A stretch of 64,000 nt of DNA from Candidatus Altiarchaeota archaeon (GTDB lineage: Archaea > Altiarchaeota > Altiarchaeia > IMC4 > SCGC-AAA252-I15), in assembly GCA_043813075.1 (NCBI GenBank), contig JBDRLL010000003.1, forward strand, positions 64,001-128,000, given 5' to 3'. Positions 1-9,592 of the stretch are shown in pieces. The notes beneath the pieces were generated by a model, which worked only from the letters and a program-made list of their open reading frames with translations, did not search any database and was not told the DNA's origin. The translations under genes and the position numbers were made by a program. Each line of letters opens with the position of its first letter. The first letter of the stretch is position 1.

Positions 1-564
1 GTCATCGCCCACAATACGCGTCGCTTCCCTCAATGATTTCGCCAGCGCCTTGAAGGTCGCCTCCACCTTGTGATGGTCATTCCTGCCCTCGACTTTAACG
101 TTGAGGTTGAATCTGCCGTTCAACGCGAAGCTCTCGAGGAAGTGCTCTATATTCTCCTTGCTGACGTCGCCGACACGCTTCTCCTCGAACTCGCTGAACG
201 GAAGGTCTATGACCGCATACGGTCTGCCTGACAGGTCGACGGAAACCTCTGCTCTCGCATCGTCCATGGGGACTATGGAGTGCGCCATACGGGCTATACC
301 CTTCTTGTCGCCCAACGCCTTTTGAAATGCTTCACCCAAGCATATGCCCACATCCTCAACTAGATGGTGGTCGTCGACTTCAACATCACCCTTAGCGTCA
401 ATCTTCAAATCGAAGCCGCTGTGCTTGGAGAAGCTCTCGAGCATGTGGCCCAGGAAATTCAATGGCATGTTGACGGCGCTTTTACCGCCGCCATCTACGT
501 TAACCTCCAGGATTACCTTAGTCTCCCTGGTCTTCCGTGATACAGAAGCTTTCCTCGCGGCCAT
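1..564 (-). CDS. hisB: Imidazoleglycerol-phosphate dehydratase (3' end runs off window)
   Basis: Manual translation from ATG at 564: MAARKASVSRKTRETK...FLGHMLESFSKH...DDHHLVEDVG...PMDDA...GRNDHHKVEATFKA, containing both IGPD His-rich motifs. Missing from the ORF track because it is truncated. Confidence 0.95.
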   Translation of the reverse strand, partial: MAARKASVSRKTRETKVILEVNVDGGGKSAVNMPLNFLGHMLESFSKHSGFDLKIDAKGDVEVDDHHLVEDVGICLGEAFQKALGDKKGIARMAHSIVPMDDARAEVSVDLSGRPYAVIDLPFSEFEEKRVGDVSKENIEHFLESFALNGRFNLNVKVEGRNDHHKVEATFKALAKSLREATRIVGDD

Positions 565-588
565 TGTTGATAGGTATTGGTTTTAAGA

Positions 589-873
589 TTAAATATCCTG
601 GCTGGTGTAAGACGGCTTCATCATCCTGTCTGACTGCTTCTTAAGCCGGTAGAGCGCATTCAACGCGTTGTACGTCTTCCGGGAGAGGAATACTATTACC
701 GTGAACGTGACCAGCGACACCAGGAAGAAATGAGTGCTTGCCATGAGATCAGACAATAAGAGTACCAGTATTGTTATGACCAATGCTGTGAAGGCGTCCA
801 AGAGACGGGGGTATGCTTCTTTCCTGAATTCCCTCTGGAGGGTCTGGAGGACTATCTTGCGCATCATAGTCAT
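589..873 (-). CDS. Small membrane protein, two TM helices
   Basis: Two hydrophobic stretches; likely start MTMMRK at 873; co-oriented upstream of hisB. Confidence 0.55.
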   Translation of the reverse strand: MTMMRKIVLQTLQREFRKEAYPRLLDAFTALVITILVLLLSDLMASTHFFLVSLVTFTVIVFLSRKTYNALNALYRLKKQSDRMMKPSYTSQDI

Positions 874-954
874 AGATACTCTGATACACGATTTAATAAT
901 CAATCCCCGCGGGCATAAGACGTAATATTTAGGGGTAGTCAAATATCATTAGAA

Positions 955-1995
955 ATGCCCTTAAAACCAGTATTCAGCATCCTGATACCGACTTCCGGAA
1001 GGCCGGAACACCTTAGGGGGTGCGTTGAATCCATTTTCAATGGCGGACACCGGGATTTGGAAGTTCTGGTCCTCGTCAACGAATCCTGCTGGAAGAGCGT
1101 GGACTACCTTAGGAAGGCTTCCGGGGGTTACACTGGCCTTAAGTATTTTGTGGTTAAGGAGAGGCTGAGCCATGGCGCCGCGAGGAACCGGCTGGTGGAC
1201 AAGTCTAGCGGGGATCTGCTGTACTTTATCGACGACGACGTCGTGCAATACGGGAATGCCCTAACCATCCTGGAGGATAAGTTCAGGGAGTATCCATGGG
1301 CTGACGTCATCGGCGGCCCGAACCTGACTCCAGAATCGTCTAGCAGGCTCCAGAAGTATTTCGGATTCTTCTTTGAATCCTATTTCGGGAGCTCTGGGAT
1401 GAGGTACAGGTATAAGCCGATTGGGTGCGATGTTGAAGCCGATGAGAAGAAGCTGATACTCTGCAACCTGGCGTTCAGGTCGCGAGTCTTCAATGAGATG
1501 GGGCTAAGATTCAATGAGGAGATACCTTCAAACGAGGAGAACATACTCCTGGAGCAGCTCAAGTCAAAGGGGGGTAGGATGCTGTACGTCCCCTCACTTA
1601 GGGTCTACCATCACCGGAGGGATTCGCTCATAGGATTCTGCAGGCAGCTGTTCAAGTACGGGAGGGGTAGGGCCCAGAGTATCGCCCACAATCCGAGAAC
1701 ATTCGACCCGGTCTTCATCCTGCCATCAGCATTATTGGCATACATCATTATCTCATTGCCAGCGTCAGGCATCCTCTTCCGAATGCCCTTGGCGGCATAC
1801 CTCCTGGCAGACGTTGCCGCTTCACTAATAAAGTCTGTTGGGGAGCGTGACCTGACCGCTGTTCCCGCGCTGATGGTAATCTTCCCGCTGGGACACTTGT
1901 CCTATGGGATGGGATTCATCTTCCAGTTGGTGAAGACCGCCTTATCGTGGAAAGCAATACATTCAGGAGGGTATGGGGGGCGTCGTCAGAGGTAG
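955..1995 (+). CDS. GT2 family glycosyltransferase with C-terminal TM segments
   Basis: SILIPT, GAARN, FIDDD (DxD) and QLFKYGRG motifs. Confidence 0.9.
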   Translation: MPLKPVFSILIPTSGRPEHLRGCVESIFNGGHRDLEVLVLVNESCWKSVDYLRKASGGYTGLKYFVVKERLSHGAARNRLVDKSSGDLLYFIDDDVVQYGNALTILEDKFREYPWADVIGGPNLTPESSSRLQKYFGFFFESYFGSSGMRYRYKPIGCDVEADEKKLILCNLAFRSRVFNEMGLRFNEEIPSNEENILLEQLKSKGGRMLYVPSLRVYHHRRDSLIGFCRQLFKYGRGRAQSIAHNPRTFDPVFILPSALLAYIIISLPASGILFRMPLAAYLLADVAASLIKSVGERDLTAVPALMVIFPLGHLSYGMGFIFQLVKTALSWKAIHSGGYGGRRQR

Positions 1996-2879
1996 CCTGT
2001 TAATTGATCGAAAAGCGTACTGCTGCCTGCGCCAACAAGCTGGACCTTAACCGTAGGGTCCACTGGAAGGGGTTGGGGTATAGAGTCGCTGCCATAGGAG
2101 ACTTCAGCGCCAGACTCCCTGCACAAGAGCAGTCCTGCAGCAACGTCATACGTCTTGGGGGTTGCCGCCAGCCCAGCGCCAGCCCTCAAGTCCACAATCA
2201 AGTCCGTCTTCCCTGAAGCGAGGAAGGCCAGTTCGAGTGCAGTCGAGCCATAGCATTTCAGCCATACGTCGTCAACTCCGCTGCCAGTCGCCTCCGCCAG
2301 CCTGAGCATCAAGTCATCGTGTATTCCGTACGCGCCCGCAAAATGACAGCCAATCGAGAGCACCGCATGGGTAAGATCCTTTTTGCCTGAGGCTGTGATT
2401 GTCTTCCCATTAGATCTAGCGGCATCGCCTGCGACAACCGTGTAGTCGTCATCGGTATCTAGGCGGGAGACAACACCTACGGCGACATCTTCCAGCGTCT
2501 CAGCTCCAGGGGGGAACACCGCTATGGAACATGAATATGCTGGAAGCCCGCGCCTCGCATTCCTCGAGCCATCCAACGGGTCTATCAGGTATATCGCCTC
2601 GGTGCCGCCGCCATAATGGAGTATGCCCTGATCCTCAGTCATCACTGTGGCGTTAATCCCATTGTCCTTGAAGAAGCCACCTACCGCCTCCTCCACAGGC
2701 ACGTCTATCTCGAACGTCGTGTCGCCCGTCTTGCTGACCGGATGCTGCCGGTCCTCATAGGACCCGACGAGAGGCTCCACCGTCTCCCTGATGATTCCGG
2801 ACAGTTCCAGCGAATTCCTCAGGTGATTCCCAACGTCAAAGTCCACTGTAAAAGTATGGTACTGTCTTTTAATCAACAT
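1986..2879 (-). CDS. Inositol monophosphatase / FBPase-IMPase family protein
   Basis: TED, IDPLDGS, GSTALELAFLASG and YDVAAG motifs. Confidence 0.88.
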   Translation of the reverse strand: MLIKRQYHTFTVDFDVGNHLRNSLELSGIIRETVEPLVGSYEDRQHPVSKTGDTTFEIDVPVEEAVGGFFKDNGINATVMTEDQGILHYGGGTEAIYLIDPLDGSRNARRGLPAYSCSIAVFPPGAETLEDVAVGVVSRLDTDDDYTVVAGDAARSNGKTITASGKKDLTHAVLSIGCHFAGAYGIHDDLMLRLAEATGSGVDDVWLKCYGSTALELAFLASGKTDLIVDLRAGAGLAATPKTYDVAAGLLLCRESGAEVSYGSDSIPQPLPVDPTVKVQLVGAGSSTLFDQLTGYL

Positions 2880-3558
2880 ACGCTAGGGTGAACCTCCTCC
2901 TGAAACGCTCAAACACCCTGAGCACATGAATGCTGAACACTGACATGAAGAATGCATTCCCAACCGCCCGCGAAGTGTTAGCCACCATGCCTGCAAGAAC
3001 CATCGTCACATAAGACTCGATAGTGTGTGTCGGGATGAACAACAGCCATGAGAACAGGTCTAGGAACATGCCGTACGAGTATGCAGCCAGGATAGAGTAC
3101 GCCACCAGCGACGCGATCCTGAGCCTCCCACCGGCCTTAGGGATAAATGCGGCGAAACCACCGCACAATCCGAGGCCGAGCATCTGGAATGGAGTCCACG
3201 GGCCGTGGCCTATGAAGAAGTTCGACAGCATCATCGTCATCGAGCCGGCGGCGAATCCGGGCGCGAATCCGAAGACGTGTCCGACGAGTATTGTGAGGAA
3301 GAATACGGGGCTGAATTCCACGCCGTGTATTATCTGCCTCGACAATACAGTGACCGCTACCAGCACGCTAAGCAGGCTTATCATCCTGGAATCATAGTTG
3401 CGCTCCTCAAAGTCCACGTAGAGTATGAGTATCACTAGGATTGTCAGGATTATCGCGTGCAACGCCCAGTTGAATGCTATCCCGTAGGGCTGGGTGAGCA
3501 GTGCCGTCAACGCCAGTAGTAGCGCATACAGTATTACCTTAATCGTTCCTGTCTTCAT
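2869..3558 (-). CDS. ECF transporter S component, CbrT-like (putative cobalamin)
   Basis: Multi-TM protein with SNFFIGHGPWTPFQM signature; operon with ECF ATPase and T component. Confidence 0.8.
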   Translation of the reverse strand: MKTGTIKVILYALLLALTALLTQPYGIAFNWALHAIILTILVILILYVDFEERNYDSRMISLLSVLVAVTVLSRQIIHGVEFSPVFFLTILVGHVFGFAPGFAAGSMTMMLSNFFIGHGPWTPFQMLGLGLCGGFAAFIPKAGGRLRIASLVAYSILAAYSYGMFLDLFSWLLFIPTHTIESYVTMVLAGMVANTSRAVGNAFFMSVFSIHVLRVFERFRRRFTLAYVD

Positions 3559-4918
3559 GATTCAACCTCCCGTTATCCATCATCAAAACCCTGTCTGCTA
3601 TTCCAGCAAGCTTCTCGTCCTGTGTTATGAATATTATCGTCCTACCTTCACCGCGCATCACGTTTATAACATCTACTAGAGTGCGCAGCGACTTCCCGTC
3701 TATGCCCCTGGTAGGCTCGTCGAGAACCAGTATCCGCGGGTTATGGGCGGTGACAGAGGCTATGGCAAGCCTCTGGCGCTGTCCGACGCTGATGTCCCTC
3801 GGATACGCGTTCTTATGGCCTTCAAGACCGAATCTGCGGAGCACTTCAAGTGCGTCACCGTGCACGCTGAAGTTCCTCATCGTCCCCTCAACCTCCTCTT
3901 CGACAGTCTCATGGAAGAAGGAGTCTGACGGGTTCTGCGGGAGGTAGCCGACTAGGCGAGCAAGCTCTTCAACAGAGGACTCCGACACGTCCATGCCATA
4001 GACGAGAACAGAGCCCTCCTCTGGCTTGAAGAGGCCGTTGAAGTGCTTAACGAGGGTGGTTTTCCCTGAGCCATTTTTCCCCACCAGAGCAACGCACTCC
4101 CCTTCGTTGACTTGCATGCTAACGCCGAACAAAACCTGTTTTCCGCCGTACCATTTCGAGAGGTTTGATGCTGTAATGCAGGGCTTTGTGTTTGATGTCT
4201 TTGACTTTGGCTTGGGGTATTCAATGGGTTTGACGTCGGCGGGGCGCGTGAATCTCTTCCCATCCAGGTCGAACACGCGATCCACGTATTCTACGACGTC
4301 TTCAGTGCTGTGCTCCACCAGCACTATCGTCATGCCGTATCTCTTATTCAGGTCTGAAATCACCTTAAGGAATCCGCGCCTTGAATCCGGGTCCAACTGC
4401 GATGTAGGCTCGTCCAAGACCAGTATGCTGGGCTTCAAAGCCAGTATGGATGCTAGGACAACCTTCTGCTTCTCACCTCCGGAGAGCTCTGTTGTCTTGC
4501 GGCCGGTTAAATTGCTGATGCCCAGTTGGGATGCGACCTCCGCGACCCGTTCCCTTATCTCTCCCCTGTCGGCACCCTGGTTCTCTAGACCGAACGCTAT
4601 CTCGTTCTCCACGTCAACCATCACAAACTGGTTCTCAGGATCCTGGAACACCATGCCAACCTTCCTAGACAACTCTCGTATGCCCGTACTCCTCACGTCC
4701 ATGCCGTCAACCATGACCATGCCTTTGAATATGCCGCCACTGTATTTTGGGACAAGCCCGTTTAGCATCCTGCAGAACGTTGATTTACCGCAGCCTGATG
4801 AACCGGAGACGAGAATGAACTCGCTCCTGTATATGCTTAGGCTCAGATTTTCTACCGCAGGCTCGTCCCGCCCAGGATACCAGTAGGACACGTCCCTTAA
4901 TTCAACCACGTTTTCCAT
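3539..4918 (-). CDS. ECF transporter ATPase with two fused ABC domains
   Basis: GSSGCGKST and GKNGSGKTT Walker A motifs, FQDPENQ Q-loop, LSGGEKQK, two LDEPT motifs. Confidence 0.93.
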   Translation of the reverse strand: MENVVELRDVSYWYPGRDEPAVENLSLSIYRSEFILVSGSSGCGKSTFCRMLNGLVPKYSGGIFKGMVMVDGMDVRSTGIRELSRKVGMVFQDPENQFVMVDVENEIAFGLENQGADRGEIRERVAEVASQLGISNLTGRKTTELSGGEKQKVVLASILALKPSILVLDEPTSQLDPDSRRGFLKVISDLNKRYGMTIVLVEHSTEDVVEYVDRVFDLDGKRFTRPADVKPIEYPKPKSKTSNTKPCITASNLSKWYGGKQVLFGVSMQVNEGECVALVGKNGSGKTTLVKHFNGLFKPEEGSVLVYGMDVSESSVEELARLVGYLPQNPSDSFFHETVEEEVEGTMRNFSVHGDALEVLRRFGLEGHKNAYPRDISVGQRQRLAIASVTAHNPRILVLDEPTRGIDGKSLRTLVDVINVMRGEGRTIIFITQDEKLAGIADRVLMMDNGRLNHEDRND

Positions 4919-5768
4919 TGTAAGTTAAGGCTGGTAGCAGCAATACCGCTGCGGGAATCAATGCGATAACATTGAATGCTGGAAGAGCCATTGATTCGTA
5001 GGGCCAGAAATACATGCTGCCGGAGAATTTAAGGTATACTAGTGTTAGGAGTGATGAGGCATATGCCAGTGATATCATCCGGTCTGCGTTAGTCCAGCGC
5101 AGGGTCCTGTACCTGCTCCTCCTGCCGGAGTATGCTCTCGCAGCCATGGACTCTGATAGGTTGAAGCCTCGCTCTAGGGATGTGACTAGCGTCGGCAAAA
5201 GCAGGCTTATGTTGTTACTGAGCCGCTCGGACAAACTGCCGTCGTCGAACTTGAACCCCCTTGACTTCTGCGCGTCACGTATGGAAGTGAAGTCCTGGGT
5301 CACTGTGGGTATGAAGCGCAACGCTATCAACCCGGTCATCGAGATGGAGGTTATGCAAGAGGGTATTATGTTGACCAGTGAGTCGGGCGTCGTCTGGGAG
5401 TTGAAGACCTGGAATGCCACCAGCATGTCGACAAGCAGTAATGCCATTATAGCCCCCATGCCGACCGACTCCAGCGTGACCGGGCCGGATAGGAATAGCA
5501 GCGGGATGTTTAGTCCAAACATGGGGATGTGCCGTGGAATCCTGTACAATACTGTGTTGCCGGAGTGCACTAGGAATATGTTCACTAGTAGTGGCATTAT
5601 TGACACGAGCAGTCCTATCTTCATGTAGGTCTTAACCGGTTGTTTCCTCACGACAGCCACCGTTGACAGTGCTATGAGCAGCAGAATCAGGTATGCTGGG
5701 TTGTATGTGAGCATGCTGTAGGCGAAGGCGAGGGCCAGCCAGAGCAGCCATGTGACCGTGTTTGGCAT
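4902..5768 (-). CDS. ECF transporter T component (CbiQ/EcfT)
   Basis: ALRFIP, AQKSRG and SMAARAY motifs (XRX coupling motifs). Confidence 0.9.
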   Translation of the reverse strand: MPNTVTWLLWLALAFAYSMLTYNPAYLILLLIALSTVAVVRKQPVKTYMKIGLLVSIMPLLVNIFLVHSGNTVLYRIPRHIPMFGLNIPLLFLSGPVTLESVGMGAIMALLLVDMLVAFQVFNSQTTPDSLVNIIPSCITSISMTGLIALRFIPTVTQDFTSIRDAQKSRGFKFDDGSLSERLSNNISLLLPTLVTSLERGFNLSESMAARAYSGRRSRYRTLRWTNADRMISLAYASSLLTLVYLKFSGSMYFWPYESMALPAFNVIALIPAAVLLLPALTYNGKRG

Positions 5769-5835
5769 CGTGATTTATATATGATGGCGCCCTAAGAATA
5801 AAAGCTTGGATAAATTATCCAAGTGAGGTTTTGGA

Positions 5836-6813
5836 ATGGATGAAAACAGGATATTGACGATAACTGCCGTAATACTGCTGAATTTAGCGGTATTTGCCTC
5901 GGCAGCCCGCGTTGGTATTGTAGTGGATGATGGTGTGGGGGGAGTGGAAACGAAGTGCAGGGATTTCGATGAAGGAGCCACCGCCTATGACGTAATATCA
6001 GGTGCTGGTGGATTTGAGATCGAGGACTTTGGATGGGGTTATGGAGTGTGCTCGATAAACGGGCACGGATGCCCGGTCGGGAACTGCTTCTGCGACCCGG
6101 CATGGGACTTCTGGAACTTCCTGTCCAACAAAGGCAGCTGGAGCATGACTTCGGTCGGAGTCGGCGACCACCGGGTAGAGGACGGGGAGATCATAGGATT
6201 CAAGTGGGGGCAGTGGGGTGACAAGCCGGATGCGATAACGTTCGAGGAGGTGTGCCCGCCCATAAAGAAGGGGAGGACCATCATCCCCAACATAATAGGT
6301 TTCGCTGTGTTGGGCGAAGCCGTGGCAGACAAGCCGGTGGTAGTCAATATCACAGACAATCGTACTGGAGAACCAGTGAAGAACGCTAAGATCGAATTGT
6401 TCAGGGAAGGTGCAGGATGGATTGGAAGGCTCCTGCATGTGGAGGCGGACGAGAACGGGATTGCTAGGATAAACATTCCGGACGAAGGAGAGTACGGAGT
6501 CAGGATAACGAGGTACGACTACCACCACAAGTACGACAGCATCGAAGTCAAGGAGACGACGACAACGACGACCAGCAGCACCACGACGACGATAGTGACG
6601 ACGACCACAACCACCACCAGCACCCTGAAACACTTCATAACAGGGGGGAGAGAGCATACGACGACAACAGTCAAGCCGACAACGACAATTAGGAAAAGCC
6701 CCGCCATACTGGGTAATGCCATGGCACCGCCGACGACAAGACCAAGGCCGGTGAATAGTCAGGACAATGATGAAGGACTGATCGATAGCATAATCGGATG
6801 GCTGTTCGGGTAA
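5836..6813 (+). CDS. Secreted/surface protein: DUF4430-like (transcobalamin C-terminal-like) domain, beta-sandwich domain, Thr-rich linker
   Basis: Signal peptide; VCSING...FWNF...VGVGDHRVEDGEIIGFKWG pattern; poly-Thr tract; divergent from the ECF operon. Confidence 0.65.
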   Translation: MDENRILTITAVILLNLAVFASAARVGIVVDDGVGGVETKCRDFDEGATAYDVISGAGGFEIEDFGWGYGVCSINGHGCPVGNCFCDPAWDFWNFLSNKGSWSMTSVGVGDHRVEDGEIIGFKWGQWGDKPDAITFEEVCPPIKKGRTIIPNIIGFAVLGEAVADKPVVVNITDNRTGEPVKNAKIELFREGAGWIGRLLHVEADENGIARINIPDEGEYGVRITRYDYHHKYDSIEVKETTTTTTSSTTTTIVTTTTTTTSTLKHFITGGREHTTTTVKPTTTIRKSPAILGNAMAPPTTRPRPVNSQDNDEGLIDSIIGWLFG

Positions 6814-6836
6814 ACCCAGGACAACCACCGCATGAT

Positions 6837-7382
6837 TCACTTCAGGCTATGCGGGTCCTTAACGCTGTCCCTCCTTGCCCTGCCGGCGAGGATCATCTCG
6901 TTCTTCCTGGCAGTCAGCGTGTTCTCGAATTCCCCGACGAGGGGGTAGGGAGGATCCTTGAAGCTGACGTCACCCCCGTAGATAACAGTGTACGAGCCAG
7001 GGGGAATAGACTTAAGACGGACGTGAGCATGTATATTACCGCTTGAGCCGGTGTCAGACCTCAAAACCTGCATGCCATAGCTGCTGCCGCCATACTCTTC
7101 AAGCAACGCAAGCCTCGTGGAGACAACGAGCACAGCCCTCTCGCCGTCAGGCACCGGGAACTTCGGCCACGCCCTCGGGTCTCCGGAAGTGAAATCCATG
7201 TTGCCGAGGGCAGATACGATTGAGCCATCACCCATAGTGGCCCTCCTCAAATCACCGCGGGTAGTACCCCTCAGCAAGACCTCGGGGAGGATGTGGCCGT
7301 CAACCTCAACAGGCTCCTGACGTATCGACTGTATTATGTCGTCGGCCTTAACGTGAGGCACATTACTCTTCTCACCTAGCAT
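6837..7382 (-). CDS. Orphan hypothetical protein
   Basis: 181-aa ATG ORF filling the gap; no recognised motif. Confidence 0.6.
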   Translation of the reverse strand: MLGEKSNVPHVKADDIIQSIRQEPVEVDGHILPEVLLRGTTRGDLRRATMGDGSIVSALGNMDFTSGDPRAWPKFPVPDGERAVLVVSTRLALLEEYGGSSYGMQVLRSDTGSSGNIHAHVRLKSIPPGSYTVIYGGDVSFKDPPYPLVGEFENTLTARKNEMILAGRARRDSVKDPHSLK

Positions 7383-7434
7383 ATTGTATTATGGGCATCC
7401 AAGATTTTTATGCTCGTAACTGGATTATCTTGAC

Positions 7435-8763
7435 ATGAAAGTCGTGGTGGTCGGAAACGGAGCCAGGGAACACGCTATTGCCGCTGCATTAAAGAGGAGT
7501 CAGAGCGAGCCTGAACTACACGCATTCATGAGCGCCCTGAACCCGGGGATAAGGAGGATAGTAAAGGACTATAAGGTAGGGGATCCGAACAACCCAGGGC
7601 AAGTGCTCGAATACTGCATGGAAAAAAAGGTTGAGATGGCGGTCGTCGGGCCTGAAGCCCCCCTGGCCGCAGGCCTAGTCGACGTCCTCGAGGAGGCGGA
7701 GATACTATGTGTGGGCCCTCGAAAGAAGCCCGCGCAGTTGGAGACTGATAAGAGCTTCGCGAGAAGCCTTATGAAGGCCTACAAGGTTAAGGGGACTCCT
7801 GAATTTGGGGTTTTCGACGACTGCGAGGAAGCGTGCATGTTCATCGACGACTTTGGGGGGGACGTCGCCATAAAACCCGCGGGACTTACAGGAGGCAAAG
7901 GAGTCAAGATTATGGGGGAACACCTGGATGCTGAGGGCGCAAAGAAGTACGTTAAGGAAATCTTCGACTCCAGCATGGGTAAGATACCTAAAGTAGTGCT
8001 GGAGGAGAGGCTTATTGGGGAAGAGTTCACGCTGCAAGGATTCGTTGACGGCCGTAATGTTGTGGGAACACCCATGGTACAGGACCACAAGAGGGCTTAT
8101 GAAGGCGATGTGGGGCCTAACACTGGGGGCATGGGCTCTTACAGTGACGCGGGATACATACTGCCGTTCCTCACAGAGGAGGATTATGATGAGGGACTGG
8201 ATATAATGAGGCAGGCAGTGCATGCGGTGTATAAGGAGACTGGGGAGAAGTATGTGGGGTTCCTGTACGGGCAGTTCATGGCGACAGCCGACGGCCTGAA
8301 GGTTATTGAATTCAACGCCAGGCTAGGGGATCCGGAGGCGATGAACATACTCACCATACTCGAGTCCGACTTCCAGGACATATGCGATAGGATAACCGGG
8401 GAGATGATTAAAGACGACCTGTCCTTCCGGAAGAAGGCCACAGTCTGCAAGTACCTCGTGCCAGAGGGATATCCTGACAGGCCCAAGGACAATGTGGAGG
8501 TGCTCATACACGAGGACGAGATAATGGGGAAGGGAGGCACACCCTACTACGCTTCGGTTAGAGAGGAGGGGGGGAGCATATTCACGTCAAAGTCCCGTGC
8601 GATAGCGATAGTTGGTACGGCGGACTCCATAACGGAGGCGGAGCAGGTTGCGGAAGGATGCATGACCTACATACAGGGAGACCTCTTCCACAGGAAGGAC
8701 ATCGGCACAAGACCGCTGGTATTCAAGAGGATAGAGCATATGAAGAAGATTAGGGGGGAGTGA
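7435..8763 (+). CDS. purD: Phosphoribosylamine-glycine ligase
   Basis: VVGNGAREHA, VGPEAPL, GGKGV, QDHKR...GPNTGGMGS and EFNARLGDPE motifs. Confidence 0.97.
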   Translation: MKVVVVGNGAREHAIAAALKRSQSEPELHAFMSALNPGIRRIVKDYKVGDPNNPGQVLEYCMEKKVEMAVVGPEAPLAAGLVDVLEEAEILCVGPRKKPAQLETDKSFARSLMKAYKVKGTPEFGVFDDCEEACMFIDDFGGDVAIKPAGLTGGKGVKIMGEHLDAEGAKKYVKEIFDSSMGKIPKVVLEERLIGEEFTLQGFVDGRNVVGTPMVQDHKRAYEGDVGPNTGGMGSYSDAGYILPFLTEEDYDEGLDIMRQAVHAVYKETGEKYVGFLYGQFMATADGLKVIEFNARLGDPEAMNILTILESDFQDICDRITGEMIKDDLSFRKKATVCKYLVPEGYPDRPKDNVEVLIHEDEIMGKGGTPYYASVREEGGSIFTSKSRAIAIVGTADSITEAEQVAEGCMTYIQGDLFHRKDIGTRPLVFKRIEHMKKIRGE

Positions 8764-9230
8764 TGAGAACACTTGTCGCATACTACTCTAGAGGGGGGAA
8801 CACGCGCCTTGTGGCGCAGGAGATAATCAGCATAACCGGAGGAGACGTTGAGGAGCTGGGGGACGAGAAGAAGCGGAAGGGAGGCTTAGGGTGGATTACA
8901 GGGGCCAGGGATGCCTTAATGGGCAGGGAAACCAGGCTGAAACCCTTGAGGAACAATCCTTCAGACTATGACATGATTTACATAGGCTCGCCAACATGGG
9001 CGGGTAGGATGACGCCGGCAGTCAGAACATTCATAAAACAAAACGACCTTACAGGCAAGCGGATCGCATTGTTCGGAAACGCTGGAAACCAGGAGGGGAA
9101 GGCCACCAACGACATGAGCAAGAACCTGGGCAACGCAGAAGTCTTAGGCGAGATTACGGTGCTGGACAGTCAGATGAAGTCAGGCTCATACAAGAGGATG
9201 ATTAAAGAGTGGGTTAAGTCACTGATTTAG
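8763..9230 (+). CDS. Flavodoxin family protein
   Basis: YYSRGGNTR FMN loop and IGSPTWAG motif. Confidence 0.88.
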   Translation: MRTLVAYYSRGGNTRLVAQEIISITGGDVEELGDEKKRKGGLGWITGARDALMGRETRLKPLRNNPSDYDMIYIGSPTWAGRMTPAVRTFIKQNDLTGKRIALFGNAGNQEGKATNDMSKNLGNAEVLGEITVLDSQMKSGSYKRMIKEWVKSLI

Positions 9231-9231
9231 A

Positions 9232-9525
9232 ATGCCTGCCAAGAGATTCAGCAACCAGACGCCGGAACAGATATTAAGACACCTGACACGCCTACTGAAG
9301 GACAACTACAATTACAACCTATACGTCGACCCCCTTGAAGTCGGCTTCATGATAAGCGAAAGCACTTCAGGAACGAAGAAACAGGACCGAAAGCGGCCGA
9401 AAGACTGGGACAGCCTATCAAAGAAACAGAAGAGGAGGAAGGCTGCGATAAAACCGAGGGCAAGCAGCAAGATAAGAGGCAGGAAACAGGGCAGGACAGT
9501 GAACCTGAAGGGAGTCTCGTACTAG
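9232..9525 (+). CDS. Small basic hypothetical protein
   Basis: 97-aa ORF starting 1 nt after flavodoxin; Lys/Arg-rich C-terminal half. Confidence 0.5.
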   Translation: MPAKRFSNQTPEQILRHLTRLLKDNYNYNLYVDPLEVGFMISESTSGTKKQDRKRPKDWDSLSKKQKRRKAAIKPRASSKIRGRKQGRTVNLKGVSY

Positions 9526-9592
9526 CCCACACCAATGATATGCGGTATCTTGTTTTAATTAAGCTTTCGTAGATGTTTTACTAGTCTTAGAC

